This document shows, piece after piece, positions 27,220 through 35,737 of a stretch of DNA of 41,736 nt. The stretch spans positions 1 to 41,736 of IMG/VR virus record IMGVR_UViG_3300044728_000096, one strand, 5' to 3'. The DNA is from a virus (lineage: Duplodnaviria > Caudoviricetes). Below the pieces are notes generated by a model. That model ran no database searches, was not told the DNA's origin, and saw only the letters and a list, made by a program, of their open reading frames with translations. Both the position numbers and the translations under genes were made by a program. Position 1 is the first letter of the stretch. Each line of letters begins with the position of its first letter.

Positions 27220-27480
27220 TCAGTGCCGCTCGGGCCATGGCAGCCCGGCGGACTCCGCCAGAGCTCTGACCACCTTGGGGTCCATCCCACGGGTGTGGTG
27301 CTGCGCCGGCGCCGGGTTGCCCCGAGCGTCCACGCACGCCATCCCGGCCGGAGCTCCGCACCAGCAGTCCACCGCAGCCCTCTGCTCCACGGTGGCGGGC
27401 ACCGTGAGCTGCTTGGGGTCCTTGTCAAACAGCTCCATCGCCCTCTGGCGGATGGATCGCCTGCGCTCGTCCCGGCTCAT
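27220..27480 (-). CDS. Phage zinc-finger protein
   Basis: CWCGA.AG.AC....G......H..R; start ATG 27480 with GGAGG. Confidence 0.6.
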   Translation of the reverse strand: MSRDERRRSIRQRAMELFDKDPKQLTVPATVEQRAAVDCWCGAPAGMACVDARGNPAPAQHHTRGMDPKVVRALAESAGLPWPERH

Positions 27481-27704
27481 CGCACCTCCACCTTGGAGCC
27501 GGTCTGCCGTGCCTCCATCGCACAGCCCAGACAGAGCCGGATGCGCTGGCCGTCCACGTAGCACCAGTGGAGCTGCCCGAGCTGGAGTGGCCCCGAGCGC
27601 CCATCGTCGCGCAGCTCCCGGTAGTGCGTGAAGCCGCACCGCTCGCAGGCCACTGCGGTGCTGCGGGCAATCCATGAGGGTACAGCGTGTGTCGCCATGG
27701 TCAC
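27477..27704 (-). CDS. Small Zn-finger protein
   Basis: CERC...LCLGC; coupled. Confidence 0.6.
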   Translation of the reverse strand: MTMATHAVPSWIARSTAVACERCGFTHYRELRDDGRSGPLQLGQLHWCYVDGQRIRLCLGCAMEARQTGSKVEVR

Positions 27705-28207
27705 CCCTCCACCAGCAGCATGAGCTCGTCCGCGAGCTCCCGCACCGGCCGGCGAGCGTCCAGCACAAGGTCTGCCCGCTCAAGCTGGCGCTCCACCTTG
27801 CTGATGCGCCCCTTGACCCACGTGGGGTTGAACGTGAACTGCTGTGGCCGGTTGCGCCGCCGCTCCTCGCCCACCTCTGGAGGTGCTGTCAGTGCTGCCA
27901 AACGTACGTCAGCATACACACCCACCATCTCCATGAATGAGGCGTTGCCCAGCCGGTCCCCCTCGCCCAGCACGAGCCTGCTTGGGAGCGTGCGGAGCCA
28001 TGCGACCGCCAGCGGCTGGACGCTCATGCTGAGCCCGTCCGTGCCACTGAACGTGCCCCGCTGTCTCCCGAGCTCCAGCCAGCCGGCGCCCAGCCTGTGA
28101 GCAAGTGGCTTGGTCATCTCCACCGCCGGCCCCAGCCGGCCGGTGAGCTCCCGCATCAGCGTGGTCTTGCCAATGCCGGGCTCACCAATGAGGTACACCA
28201 TCCTCAT
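27701..28207 (-). CDS. P-loop kinase, 5-hydroxymethyluracil DNA kinase-like
   Basis: YLIGEPGIGKTT Walker A, FSGTDGLSMSVQP and GEGDRL motifs typical of this family; next to aGPT-Pplase2. Confidence 0.85.
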   Translation of the reverse strand: MRMVYLIGEPGIGKTTLMRELTGRLGPAVEMTKPLAHRLGAGWLELGRQRGTFSGTDGLSMSVQPLAVAWLRTLPSRLVLGEGDRLGNASFMEMVGVYADVRLAALTAPPEVGEERRRNRPQQFTFNPTWVKGRISKVERQLERADLVLDARRPVRELADELMLLVEG

Positions 28208-28566
28208 GGGGTGGCGCCCTCGTCCTGCGCCGGGTCAGGAGCCGTCGCAGCCGTGCTGGACTCCGTGAAGTGCTGGCCCTCCGGCGGCTGTGTGTCGGCT
28301 GCCGCCTCCTCGTCCACGGTGGCCGTGGTGGCCGGCTCCGCCGTGACGCCCTTGCGGCAGTTGTCGCACACGTCCTCATCGGGCAGCGGCTCAATGGCCC
28401 GCACCAGCCGGCCCTCCGGGGTGTTGCGCTCCAGCTCAATCCCACAGCGCGTCACGGCCCTGTTCTCCACACGGCTGTCCACGTGGTGAATCTTGCCGGT
28501 GGCCTCCGGCATCAGCTTGCCATGCTCGTTGACCGTGTGTCGTTGGACCCAATCACCGATGTTCAT
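28204..28566 (-). CDS. Hypothetical metal-binding protein within modification cluster
   Basis: HH...RCG...CDNC; ATGA-coupled on both sides. Confidence 0.65.
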   Translation of the reverse strand: MNIGDWVQRHTVNEHGKLMPEATGKIHHVDSRVENRAVTRCGIELERNTPEGRLVRAIEPLPDEDVCDNCRKGVTAEPATTATVDEEAAADTQPPEGQHFTESSTAATAPDPAQDEGATP

Positions 28567-29474
28567 CTGATCACCTCCAGTGCTCTCATCGCCACGCCTC
28601 CGGCGAGCGCAAGCCCAATCCTATGCCCCCCGGTGGCGACCACGAGCCCATCCCCGAGCTCCTTGACCACCAGCTCGGGCAGCATTGGCCGGCGTCCCGT
28701 GATGGGCTGGAATCCCCGCAGACCGGGGAACAGCTTTGCTGTGTCGTTGACCAGTGCGCCCAGCTTGGGATCGGGCCACTGCTTGCTGACCGTCTCGCCC
28801 ACCCGGATCAGCCCGGCGTCCCAGCGCCGCGCAGTGACGTGATGGTACGGGCGTGTCACATACGTGACCACCTCGTCCGCCAGCTGCCCTTGCGCGAGGA
28901 TCGCGGAGCCAATCAGCGGCTCCACCCCGAGCTCGTCAAACCCACACGCTTGGAGCAGCGCGTCTGTCCACGCGCCGGCGCAGATGGCCACACGGTGCGC
29001 CTTGATGATCATGTGCTGTGAGGTGAGGAGCTGCCAGCCGGCCGGCGTGCGGTTGATCAGCCTCACACGGCTGGTGAAGCTCGGCTCAAGCACCAGCCAC
29101 GGGTCTGCGACCAGCAACCCTGGCCGCTCGTCCCACGCATCGCTGTTCCACCGCTTCACCTGCTCGGTCTCATGCCGAGCTCCCACGTTGCCTAGGTGCG
29201 CGGCACCGGCTGCGGTGTGGCTGTCCTCCCACCACTCCGGGATGATCGTTGCCAGCCGGCCCTCCAGCCACTCCCACCGCACGTAGCCGGCGGAGTTGCG
29301 GCTGGCGCCCTCCTCATCGTGGTCGTCCACCACAAGCACGCTCCAGCCTGTCCCCTCTCTGGCCAACGCCGCCAACGCAGAGCCCCAATAGCCGCCACCG
29401 ATGACCACGAGGTCCCAGCGATCACCCGGCGGCTCAGCGGACAGCGCCGGGTTGGCCCGGAGGTCAACGGTCAC
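28563..29474 (-). CDS. FAD-dependent oxidoreductase (DAO/glycine oxidase fold)
   Basis: DLVVIGGGYWG dinucleotide motif, GASRNSAG, ICAGAW, TGRRP, TGGHRIGL; start at GTG 29474. Confidence 0.88.
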   Translation of the reverse strand: MTVDLRANPALSAEPPGDRWDLVVIGGGYWGSALAALAREGTGWSVLVVDDHDEEGASRNSAGYVRWEWLEGRLATIIPEWWEDSHTAAGAAHLGNVGARHETEQVKRWNSDAWDERPGLLVADPWLVLEPSFTSRVRLINRTPAGWQLLTSQHMIIKAHRVAICAGAWTDALLQACGFDELGVEPLIGSAILAQGQLADEVVTYVTRPYHHVTARRWDAGLIRVGETVSKQWPDPKLGALVNDTAKLFPGLRGFQPITGRRPMLPELVVKELGDGLVVATGGHRIGLALAGGVAMRALEVIR

Positions 29475-30514
29475 GCGCCCACCTCCTCGTTGACGAGCTG
29501 GCCTGTGGCGGCGAACACCGGCATCATCTCCTTGCGTACGCCAATCCACGCGCCGCTCAGCTCGCCCAGCAGGTCAGGGTGGAAGCTGGCCCGGCGAGCC
29601 GCCAGCAGCGAGCTCCGCACGGGTGCGTACGGTCCAGACTGCGGCAGCGTGTTCACCGCGCCCAGCAGCTCGTCAATGTCGTGCCCTGTGTAGTACCTGC
29701 CCCGGCTCAGTGCTTTCCAGTTACACAGGACAGTCTCCACCTCGCTGATCTTCAGCGGCACGCCTCGCGCCCAGAGCTCGCGCTGGACGTGGGCCGTGGC
29801 GGCGTCCAGCCGCCCAATCGCCTCGTTGCTCTGATCAGCGTGCGGCGGCAGGTCGCTGAACACGCCCTGCTCCGCGAGCGTCTCAAGCCCCTCGCGTGGT
29901 CCCGAGCTCCAGCGGTGGCCGGCGTCTGGCGCCTCCATCTCCCAGCCGTTGACCTCCACCAGCACGTCGCACAGCTTGTAGGCTGCCCAGCGCCCATTGA
30001 ACGGCACGTCCATCGCTGTGGCGCTCACCTTGTTCCAGCGGTCCTGTGGGCTCAGCCACTCATTCCAGTCCCACTGGAGCCAACCCCGCAGCCCCGCCTT
30101 GCCGTGGGCGTGGTGCTGCTCCGCGATGTACGTCAGGTGCTTGATCAGGAAGTCTGGCGTGCGGAGCCCTCGCCGCTCCACACCGGCCCGGCCGGCGAGC
30201 TGCCGTGCTGTCGTCTCCCACGGCTGCCAGCCCTCGCTGAGCAGCACGCACTCACTGGCCGCCACGTTGTACAGCGCCACGTACATCAGCGTGCGGCGCA
30301 GCGCCTCCGGCTCACCCGGCCCGTGGCCGTCTGCGGCGTTGAGCTGGCGCAGGATCGGATACACCGGGTCCATGTCGCCCGTCCTCACCTGCGCTGCGCT
30401 GAACCGGGCCAGCAGGTCCAGCGTCTCCTCCGGCTGGGAGGTGCTTGTACCTCCGCTCACGGTATCGGGCGCTGCTGCCTTGTGGCGTGGTCGTCTCGGT
30501 TGCTTGGTAGCCAA
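29471..30514 (-). CDS. Amino acid:DNA transferase (aGPT-Pplase2, DNA-glycosylase HhH fold)
   Basis: DMDPVY, GRWAAYK, SSGPREGL, ETVLC.WK...GRYY.GHDIDE motifs. Confidence 0.85.
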   Translation of the reverse strand: MATKQPRRPRHKAAAPDTVSGGTSTSQPEETLDLLARFSAAQVRTGDMDPVYPILRQLNAADGHGPGEPEALRRTLMYVALYNVAASECVLLSEGWQPWETTARQLAGRAGVERRGLRTPDFLIKHLTYIAEQHHAHGKAGLRGWLQWDWNEWLSPQDRWNKVSATAMDVPFNGRWAAYKLCDVLVEVNGWEMEAPDAGHRWSSGPREGLETLAEQGVFSDLPPHADQSNEAIGRLDAATAHVQRELWARGVPLKISEVETVLCNWKALSRGRYYTGHDIDELLGAVNTLPQSGPYAPVRSSLLAARRASFHPDLLGELSGAWIGVRKEMMPVFAATGQLVNEEVGA

Positions 30515-30734
30515 CTGCTGTTGCCTCCTCGTCTGTCATGGGTCGCCCGAGCTCGGCCGGGTTGCCCCTTGGTCGCACACATCGTGCCTTGTCGTGGACA
30601 GCATAGCCGGCGCCCTCCATCCGATCCTTGAGCGCCCTCGCCAGCTGATCCGTGTTGAGCTTGCTCGGCTCCTCCGTGGCCTTGAGCCAGTCGCCCACGG
30701 CCTGCTTCACGAGCTGCCTGAACGTGATGGTCAC
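30312..30734 (-). CDS. Hypothetical protein
   Basis: Protein-like N-terminal half; 3' part overlaps aGPT-Pplase2 by ~200 nt. Confidence 0.5.
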   Translation of the reverse strand: MTITFRQLVKQAVGDWLKATEEPSKLNTDQLARALKDRMEGAGYAVHDKARCVRPRGNPAELGRPMTDEEATAVGYQATETTTPQGSSARYRERRYKHLPAGGDAGPAGPVQRSAGEDGRHGPGVSDPAPAQRRRRPRAG

Positions 30735-30783
30735 TTATCCCCTGTGTAGGCCACTGGGTTATCAACTCCCGTCCACTGGGTTA

Positions 30784-31008
30784 TCAACTACAAGCCGGGT
30801 GTGCGAACACGGAGCTGAACGGGCTACCCGCCGGCGCCGGCCGCTGCTCAAACGGGCGCTGTGCGTCAAACGTCCCGCCGCAGCTGTGGCACGTCCACAG
30901 CTTGGCGCCGGTGAGGTCCCCGAACACGCTGGGCGCCATCTCGCGCCGTGGAGCTCGGGGTGCGAGGCTCACCACACGCGGCTTGGGCTTGCGGATGCGC
31001 TCAGCCAT
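30784..31008 (-). CDS. Small Zn-ribbon protein
   Basis: MAERIRKPKP...CHSC...HPAC; start estimated. Confidence 0.5.
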   Translation of the reverse strand: MAERIRKPKPRVVSLAPRAPRREMAPSVFGDLTGAKLWTCHSCGGTFDAQRPFEQRPAPAGSPFSSVFAHPACS

Positions 31009-31252
31009 CAGAGCTGTCCGGTGCGCCCGCCTCCCCCCACGCCAGCAGCGATGAGTCCCCCACCTCAGCCACCGGGTTGATGCGCACACGGGTGAAGCAC
31101 ACGGTGATCTCCGTGGCCGTGTTGATGTCAGACTTCAGCCGCACGCCTCGCACGTGTGAGCTCAGGTCCACCCCGTTGATCACCAGCTTGCCGCCATAGC
31201 GCCCCACCGGCCCCAGCCGCAGCTCCATGTCCAGCACGTCAACGTCCGGCAC
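31001..31252 (-). CDS. Hypothetical protein
   Basis: GGAGG RBS; beta-rich KLVINGVDLS..VRGVRL. Confidence 0.6.
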   Translation of the reverse strand: MPDVDVLDMELRLGPVGRYGGKLVINGVDLSSHVRGVRLKSDINTATEITVCFTRVRINPVAEVGDSSLLAWGEAGAPDSSDG

Positions 31253-32126
31253 GCCGCACCTCCCGAGCCGTCCGCAGCACGTTGGCCCGCTGTGCCTCCT
31301 CCGCCGGGTCCAGACACTGCCACATGCCCTTCATCCCGTACCACACCATTGTGTAGCGGTGTCCCGTGGTGCGGGTGCGGCGCATGGGCGTCACCCCGTG
31401 GAGAGCACCCTGCCCATCGAACAGGGTCAGGCTGCCGTCCGCAATCTCCAGCCCCACACCGTACTCGGGCACGCTCAGGTAGCCGCCGCTGATGTGGTCC
31501 TTGAGCCCCAGCATCCCGCTCCACACGCTCTTGAAGTTGCCGGCATCGTAGTGGTACGGCAGCTGGCTGTCCCGGTTGGCCACACCGGAGGTGAACACCG
31601 GGCTCCACTGCCACGCCGGGTGCACCTTGCTCACGCTGTCCCGGTGCAGGTTGAAGATGTCCTCATTGGCCCACTGGTACCACGGGAGCACCGCGTCACT
31701 CGTGTCGAGCAGGAGCTGGTGCAGCCGTGGATTCTCGCGGGCCAGTGCGTACGTCTCGCACTTCTGTGTCCTGAAGCTCGTGCGCGGTCGCACACCAAAC
31801 TTCAGCGACACCGTGGCCATGCCCGCCGTCCGCATGTGCGGCTCCCACTTGCGGTGCCTGTCGAGCTCGCCGCGCAGCGCCGCAAACAGGTCCGGGTTCA
31901 GCCTGATGTAGAGCACCTCCGGCGTCCCGTCCGGGCTCACGATCACCGTGGAGCTCGTCAGCACCTCCGTGATGTCCTCCTCCGCAGCCAGCCGTGGGCC
32001 ATCACCGATCCACTCGCGTGTCTGCTCCTTGCTCCACCGCTCCCGGCGGATGGTGCGCATGCCCATCTCGTCCGTGAGCAGGTTGGCGAGCTCCGGCGGG
32101 AGCATCGCCTGTTGGGTCAGGGTCAT
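31239..32126 (-). CDS. TET/JBP-family 2OG-Fe(II) dioxygenase (probable thymine hydroxylase)
   Basis: FTSGVAN...YHYDAGN (HxD), GGYL.VPEY, LHGVTP (distal His), RYTMVWY (Arg) motifs. Confidence 0.9.
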   Translation of the reverse strand: MTLTQQAMLPPELANLLTDEMGMRTIRRERWSKEQTREWIGDGPRLAAEEDITEVLTSSTVIVSPDGTPEVLYIRLNPDLFAALRGELDRHRKWEPHMRTAGMATVSLKFGVRPRTSFRTQKCETYALARENPRLHQLLLDTSDAVLPWYQWANEDIFNLHRDSVSKVHPAWQWSPVFTSGVANRDSQLPYHYDAGNFKSVWSGMLGLKDHISGGYLSVPEYGVGLEIADGSLTLFDGQGALHGVTPMRRTRTTGHRYTMVWYGMKGMWQCLDPAEEAQRANVLRTAREVRRAGR

Positions 32127-32127
32127 C

Positions 32128-32271
32128 TCATCCTCCTGTGTAGGTGTACACGCCGTCAGGCACGTCCAGCCCGCAGCCGGCGTGCCGCAGTCCCCGGATT
32201 GTACCTGAGCACGTGCACGGTTGCCCGCAGTCTGGACACGCCCAGTGCGGCCGGTCCCACCGGGTGCTCAA
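32128..32271 (-). CDS. 47 aa Zn-finger protein
   Basis: TTG start overlapping upstream TGA; CPDC...C.C...H..C. Confidence 0.5.
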   Translation of the reverse strand: MSTRWDRPHWACPDCGQPCTCSGTIRGLRHAGCGLDVPDGVYTYTGG

Positions 32272-32441
32272 TCGGAGCTCTCCCGGCGGAACATCCGCTT
32301 GTGCGAGCACTTCGGGCAGTAGCCGATCATCTGTGTCGGGTCCAGCGTCCTCTGGAGCGTGTCCATCGGCATCGTGCTGGACTCCACCTTGTTGGTCCCG
32401 CACTTGGTGCATCTCCACGGGAGCCGGCGCAACTCGGCCAA
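32268..32441 (-). CDS. 57 aa Zn-ribbon protein (bL33-like spacing), not in ORF track
   Basis: Own translation MAELRRLPWRCTKCGTNKVESSTMPMDTLQRTLDPTQMIGYCPKCSHKRMFRRESSD; GGAGG RBS. Confidence 0.6.
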   Translation of the reverse strand: MAELRRLPWRCTKCGTNKVESSTMPMDTLQRTLDPTQMIGYCPKCSHKRMFRRESSD

Positions 32442-32443
32442 CG

Positions 32444-33301
32444 CTATGCGTCCTCCGGCGGCTGCCCATCCTCGGACACAGCCTCCCCATCGGGCGTGGC
32501 TTCCTGCGCATCTCCGTTGGCCGTAGCTGTATCCTCGGCTGCGGCCCTCGCCTCCCCGATCCGTGCGTCCAGCTCCGCGCCGGCCGGGTCAAGCTTCAGC
32601 AGGAACAGGAACACGTCCTTGTTGGTCTCAAGCTCCTCACGCTGCTGGATCAGCAGCAGTGCGTCCACCACCGGGCCAAACTCCGCAGACTCCATGATCA
32701 CCGTGAGCTGGCGCAGGTCTGTGGCCAAGTACCGCTCAAGGTTGTGCTCCGGCGTGTTGTTCCACGGCTCCACCGGGTTGACCTCCAGCCCCATCCGGAG
32801 CTGCTCCGTGTCGGCCGGCGTGTAGCCCGTGCCCAGCATGGCCTCGTCCGCGTCAAGGTCCCGGAGCTCGCCGCCCTGCTCAATCTGGAGCAGGAGCTGG
32901 AGCAGCTGCGGCTCATCGTACGTGGCAAGGTCCCCGGTGCGATTGTCCATGAGCAGGATGCGCAGCGCCTGATCATCGTCCACGTCCCGGTAGTGGACTG
33001 GGAACAGCAGGTTGCCGTCCACGTCCACGTCCATGCCGGGCACCTCGCCGGGCTGGACCACGATGCCGCCATCCTCAGAGCTCCAGCCCTCTGCGAAGAT
33101 CAGCAGAGCGCCCTCTGTGCGGTGGTTGCCTGCGAGGATCGCCCCGCTGCTCCGCTGGGCGACCACCACGCCGTGCCAGCCGTTGATGGCGATGGACTCC
33201 TTGATGGCGGACAGGTTGCCCTGTCTCGGGTTGGCCGGGTGCTTGTGGAGCTCGCCGGCGGGCACCCACTCGATCAGCATTGTGTGGTCGTCTGTCTTCA
33301 C
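32444..33301 (-). CDS. ParB/Srx-like N-terminal domain protein associated with DNA modification
   Basis: HPANPRQG...IKESI...G...VVV.....ILAGNHR...DNR motifs; no parA nearby. Confidence 0.85.
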   Translation of the reverse strand: MKTDDHTMLIEWVPAGELHKHPANPRQGNLSAIKESIAINGWHGVVVAQRSSGAILAGNHRTEGALLIFAEGWSSEDGGIVVQPGEVPGMDVDVDGNLLFPVHYRDVDDDQALRILLMDNRTGDLATYDEPQLLQLLLQIEQGGELRDLDADEAMLGTGYTPADTEQLRMGLEVNPVEPWNNTPEHNLERYLATDLRQLTVIMESAEFGPVVDALLLIQQREELETNKDVFLFLLKLDPAGAELDARIGEARAAAEDTATANGDAQEATPDGEAVSEDGQPPEDA

Positions 33302-33651
33302 GTCGCCTCCAGTGTGATCTCAATCCCGGCCACGTCACCCTTGACGCTCCGGGCCAGCACGATGGTGATGTGATCCTCGTCATCGTCCGGCAGCAGCCCC
33401 GCCGCCACCAGCCCGTCCAGTGGGCCCTTGAGCCGCTCTGCGAGCCCAGTGGGGTCCCGCCGGCGCCGCACCGTGACGATGTGGCGTGCGGTCACTTGCG
33501 TCTGTTCAGCCTGCTTCCACCTCCTCCTGACCTCCAGCCCGGCGATCCACCACGCCTGCTTGTAGTGCGCCCGGTCCTTGATCATGTTCCACTCGCCGCG
33601 TGCGTTGGCGTTGAGCGGCACGCCCGGCACGAACAGCGTGAGCGTCCTCAC
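33298..33651 (-). CDS. RusA-like Holliday junction resolvase
   Basis: RRRD.....K..LDGLV.AGLLPDDD catalytic pattern. Confidence 0.75.
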   Translation of the reverse strand: MRTLTLFVPGVPLNANARGEWNMIKDRAHYKQAWWIAGLEVRRRWKQAEQTQVTARHIVTVRRRRDPTGLAERLKGPLDGLVAAGLLPDDDEDHITIVLARSVKGDVAGIEITLEAT

Positions 33652-33833
33652 AGCGGTGGCTCGCCGGCCAGCCTGCGCCGCTCCTCCTCCTCTGCCAACA
33701 TGGCCTCACCCACGGGCGTGACGTACATGTCCCGTGGGTCCAGCGGGGTGTCGAAGTGGCCCGAGCTCGGGTGCGGGTGCTCCTTGAGGCGCTGGAGCCG
33801 CCGGCGCCGCTTGGCCTCTCGTGTCGGCTTCAC
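33648..33833 (-). CDS. Hypothetical protein
   Basis: GTGA-coupled both sides. Confidence 0.5.
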   Translation of the reverse strand: MKPTREAKRRRRLQRLKEHPHPSSGHFDTPLDPRDMYVTPVGEAMLAEEEERRRLAGEPPL

Positions 33834-34321
33834 GCCACACCGCCGTCAAGTATTCCCCACACGTTGGTACCGCTACGCTCAACCTCCTCAGTCCTGTTCC
33901 AAGGTAGTCCCATGGCGTTTGAAAGCTTCTGAATCAGGGTACGGGGTGGAATCGTTGTCACGGGTCCCTCGTCCGGGTCAGGTGGATCGTTGACGACACC
34001 CGGCCGGGTCCTGAGCTTGGTGCTGCCGTTCCATCCCAGCTTGGTCTCCACCCACGCGAGCCCCATCAGCTTCAGCCGGCGAGCCGCCTTGCTGACCGCT
34101 CCTTGCGTGACCCCGTACCGCTCCGCGAGCGCCACCTGCTTCTGCGGCTCCCACGGCCGCTCCAACCCCTCGCGGAGCAGCCTCCACCCGAGCTCGCCCA
34201 GCAGCACCCGCCGGCGCAGGAATGGGCTGTAGGCTCCCCGCTTGAGCTGCGCCAGCCAGTGGCGGCGTGTGCGGCGATTGTCCGTGAGGAGGGTTGGATC
34301 ATGAGCTGCTAGACTGGACAC
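33830..34321 (-). CDS. HTH DNA-binding protein (possible replication initiator)
   Basis: QVALAERYGVTQGAVSKAARRLKLMGL winged HTH; position between recombination genes and RusA. Confidence 0.6.
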   Translation of the reverse strand: MSSLAAHDPTLLTDNRRTRRHWLAQLKRGAYSPFLRRRVLLGELGWRLLREGLERPWEPQKQVALAERYGVTQGAVSKAARRLKLMGLAWVETKLGWNGSTKLRTRPGVVNDPPDPDEGPVTTIPPRTLIQKLSNAMGLPWNRTEEVERSGTNVWGILDGGVA

Positions 34322-34345
34322 GTTATGATCCTCGTGTGGTGTATT

Positions 34346-34380
34346 GGAGCCGGCGGGCTTGACACGGGTCCGCCGGCTCC
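34346..34380. terminator. GC-rich hairpin
   Basis: GGAGCCGGCGG...CCGCCGGCTCC, intergenic. Confidence 0.45.
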
Positions 34381-34403
34381 CGCTAGGTTACACCCGCCGT
34401 CTA

Positions 34404-34772
34404 TCAGGGCTCACTCACCTCTGGTACATCAGACCAATGCTCAGGGTACAGCTTGGCGAGGTGAGCCCGCTCCTCGTGCTTCCAGCGTGACGCCCAGCCG
34501 GTCAGAGCGTTGGCCCCGATGCAGAGCGTGAGGCACTGCTCCTCACGATCATCAGCCCGCATCCCCATGCCGCTGAACTTGGACACGTGCTCCAGCGTCA
34601 GTGCGTTGATGTAGTCCCAGCCGCCCACCGGCTCCAGCGGGCCAAACGCATCAGTACACACGTGAGTCTCGTCCAGCGTGAGCCCCACACAGCGGTAGTG
34701 GTCCCTCATGAACACCCGCTTGCGGAGCTCGTGGAGCTCCAGCCCGGTGAGCTTCAGCCGCTTGCTCGGCAT
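34404..34772 (-). CDS. HNH-like endonuclease (degenerate)
   Basis: VFMRDHYRC...C...LTLEHV...CLTLC...N. Confidence 0.6.
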   Translation of the reverse strand: MPSKRLKLTGLELHELRKRVFMRDHYRCVGLTLDETHVCTDAFGPLEPVGGWDYINALTLEHVSKFSGMGMRADDREEQCLTLCIGANALTGWASRWKHEERAHLAKLYPEHWSDVPEVSEP

Positions 34773-35737
34773 CAGCCCCTCGCCGGCCGGCGCCGCTTGG
34801 GTGCTGACTCCTCCGGGATGTCAGGCAGCTCGGGGTCATCCGCCGGGAGCTCGGGCGCCGGCGCCGGCTCGTCCTCCACCGCACCCATCGTGCCGGGCTC
34901 AGCCGGGAGCTCCTCCGGGCTGCTCTCGCCGGTGAGCGCCGCCACGATTGTGTCCCGCCTTGACTCCGGCCGGCGAGCTGTGTCCTCCGTGCTCTCCGTT
35001 GTCAGGGGTGCCAGCTCATCCTCCCGCTCCAGAGCGTACTGGAGCGCCGGGTTGTAGACTGCCGGGATGAACTTGAACAGCTGCCGCACCACGGTCTTGA
35101 GCGCCATGGCGATGTAGTCACTGACCCACGGGCCCACCACCTTGCCGCTCTGCTTGGAGCTCGTGCGGGCCATGATGGCGTTGACCTCGTCACGGGTCAT
35201 CACCCTGAACTGCGGCGTGCCGTCTGGCAGCCATGCGATGGCGTACACGTGCGTCAGCTCGCCACGCTCCTGATCGCCTCGCGCCGGTCCCTGCGTGGGC
35301 CGATGGAACAGCCGTGGGCTCGTCCCCTCCTCCCACTCAAACATGTCGCCGGCGTACACCGGACTGGAGGTGGCCCGCTTGATCGCCCCGGAGCGTGTGC
35401 CCAGCCTGATGAAGCCGCGCCAGTCAACCTCCATCACCGCCTCGCTGCCCCGGCGGATCAGGTACGCCCCGCCATACTGCCCTGTGGGCTCCAACCCCAT
35501 CCGGGCTGCGTCCAGCACGGCCAGCAGGATGGAGCTCCCGGAGCACTTCATCACGTCCGGGCTCTTGGCCACTGCGTGGACCACGGTGCGGATGAACCGC
35601 TCTGGGCTGATGCCCGTCTCCTCCAGCAGCGCCGCGAGCTCGGCCTTGCGATCCTCCTGCTCCAGCACCGCCGCCAGCGCCTTGGGGCTGGACAGCGGCT
35701 TGCGCGGATCAAACACCGCAGGTGTGTTGTCGTTCAC
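34772..35737 (-). CDS. recT: RecT-family single-strand annealing protein
   Basis: ERFIR...CS.SSIL.AV..AA.MGLEP....AYLI, W..DY.AMA.KTVVR.LFK..P. Confidence 0.9.
   Translation of the reverse strand: MNDNTPAVFDPRKPLSSPKALAAVLEQEDRKAELAALLEETGISPERFIRTVVHAVAKSPDVMKCSGSSILLAVLDAARMGLEPTGQYGGAYLIRRGSEAVMEVDWRGFIRLGTRSGAIKRATSSPVYAGDMFEWEEGTSPRLFHRPTQGPARGDQERGELTHVYAIAWLPDGTPQFRVMTRDEVNAIMARTSSKQSGKVVGPWVSDYIAMALKTVVRQLFKFIPAVYNPALQYALEREDELAPLTTESTEDTARRPESRRDTIVAALTGESSPEELPAEPGTMGAVEDEPAPAPELPADDPELPDIPEESAPKRRRPARG

Noticed and set aside
31239-32126. 5-methylcytosine oxidation/glycosylation pathway
   Set aside because: No C5-methyltransferase or glycosyltransferase found; partner genes are 5hmU-type enzymes
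32444-33301. ParABS plasmid-prophage partition system
   Set aside because: No ParA ATPase found; the ParB-like gene lacks an obvious HTH and sits in the modification cluster
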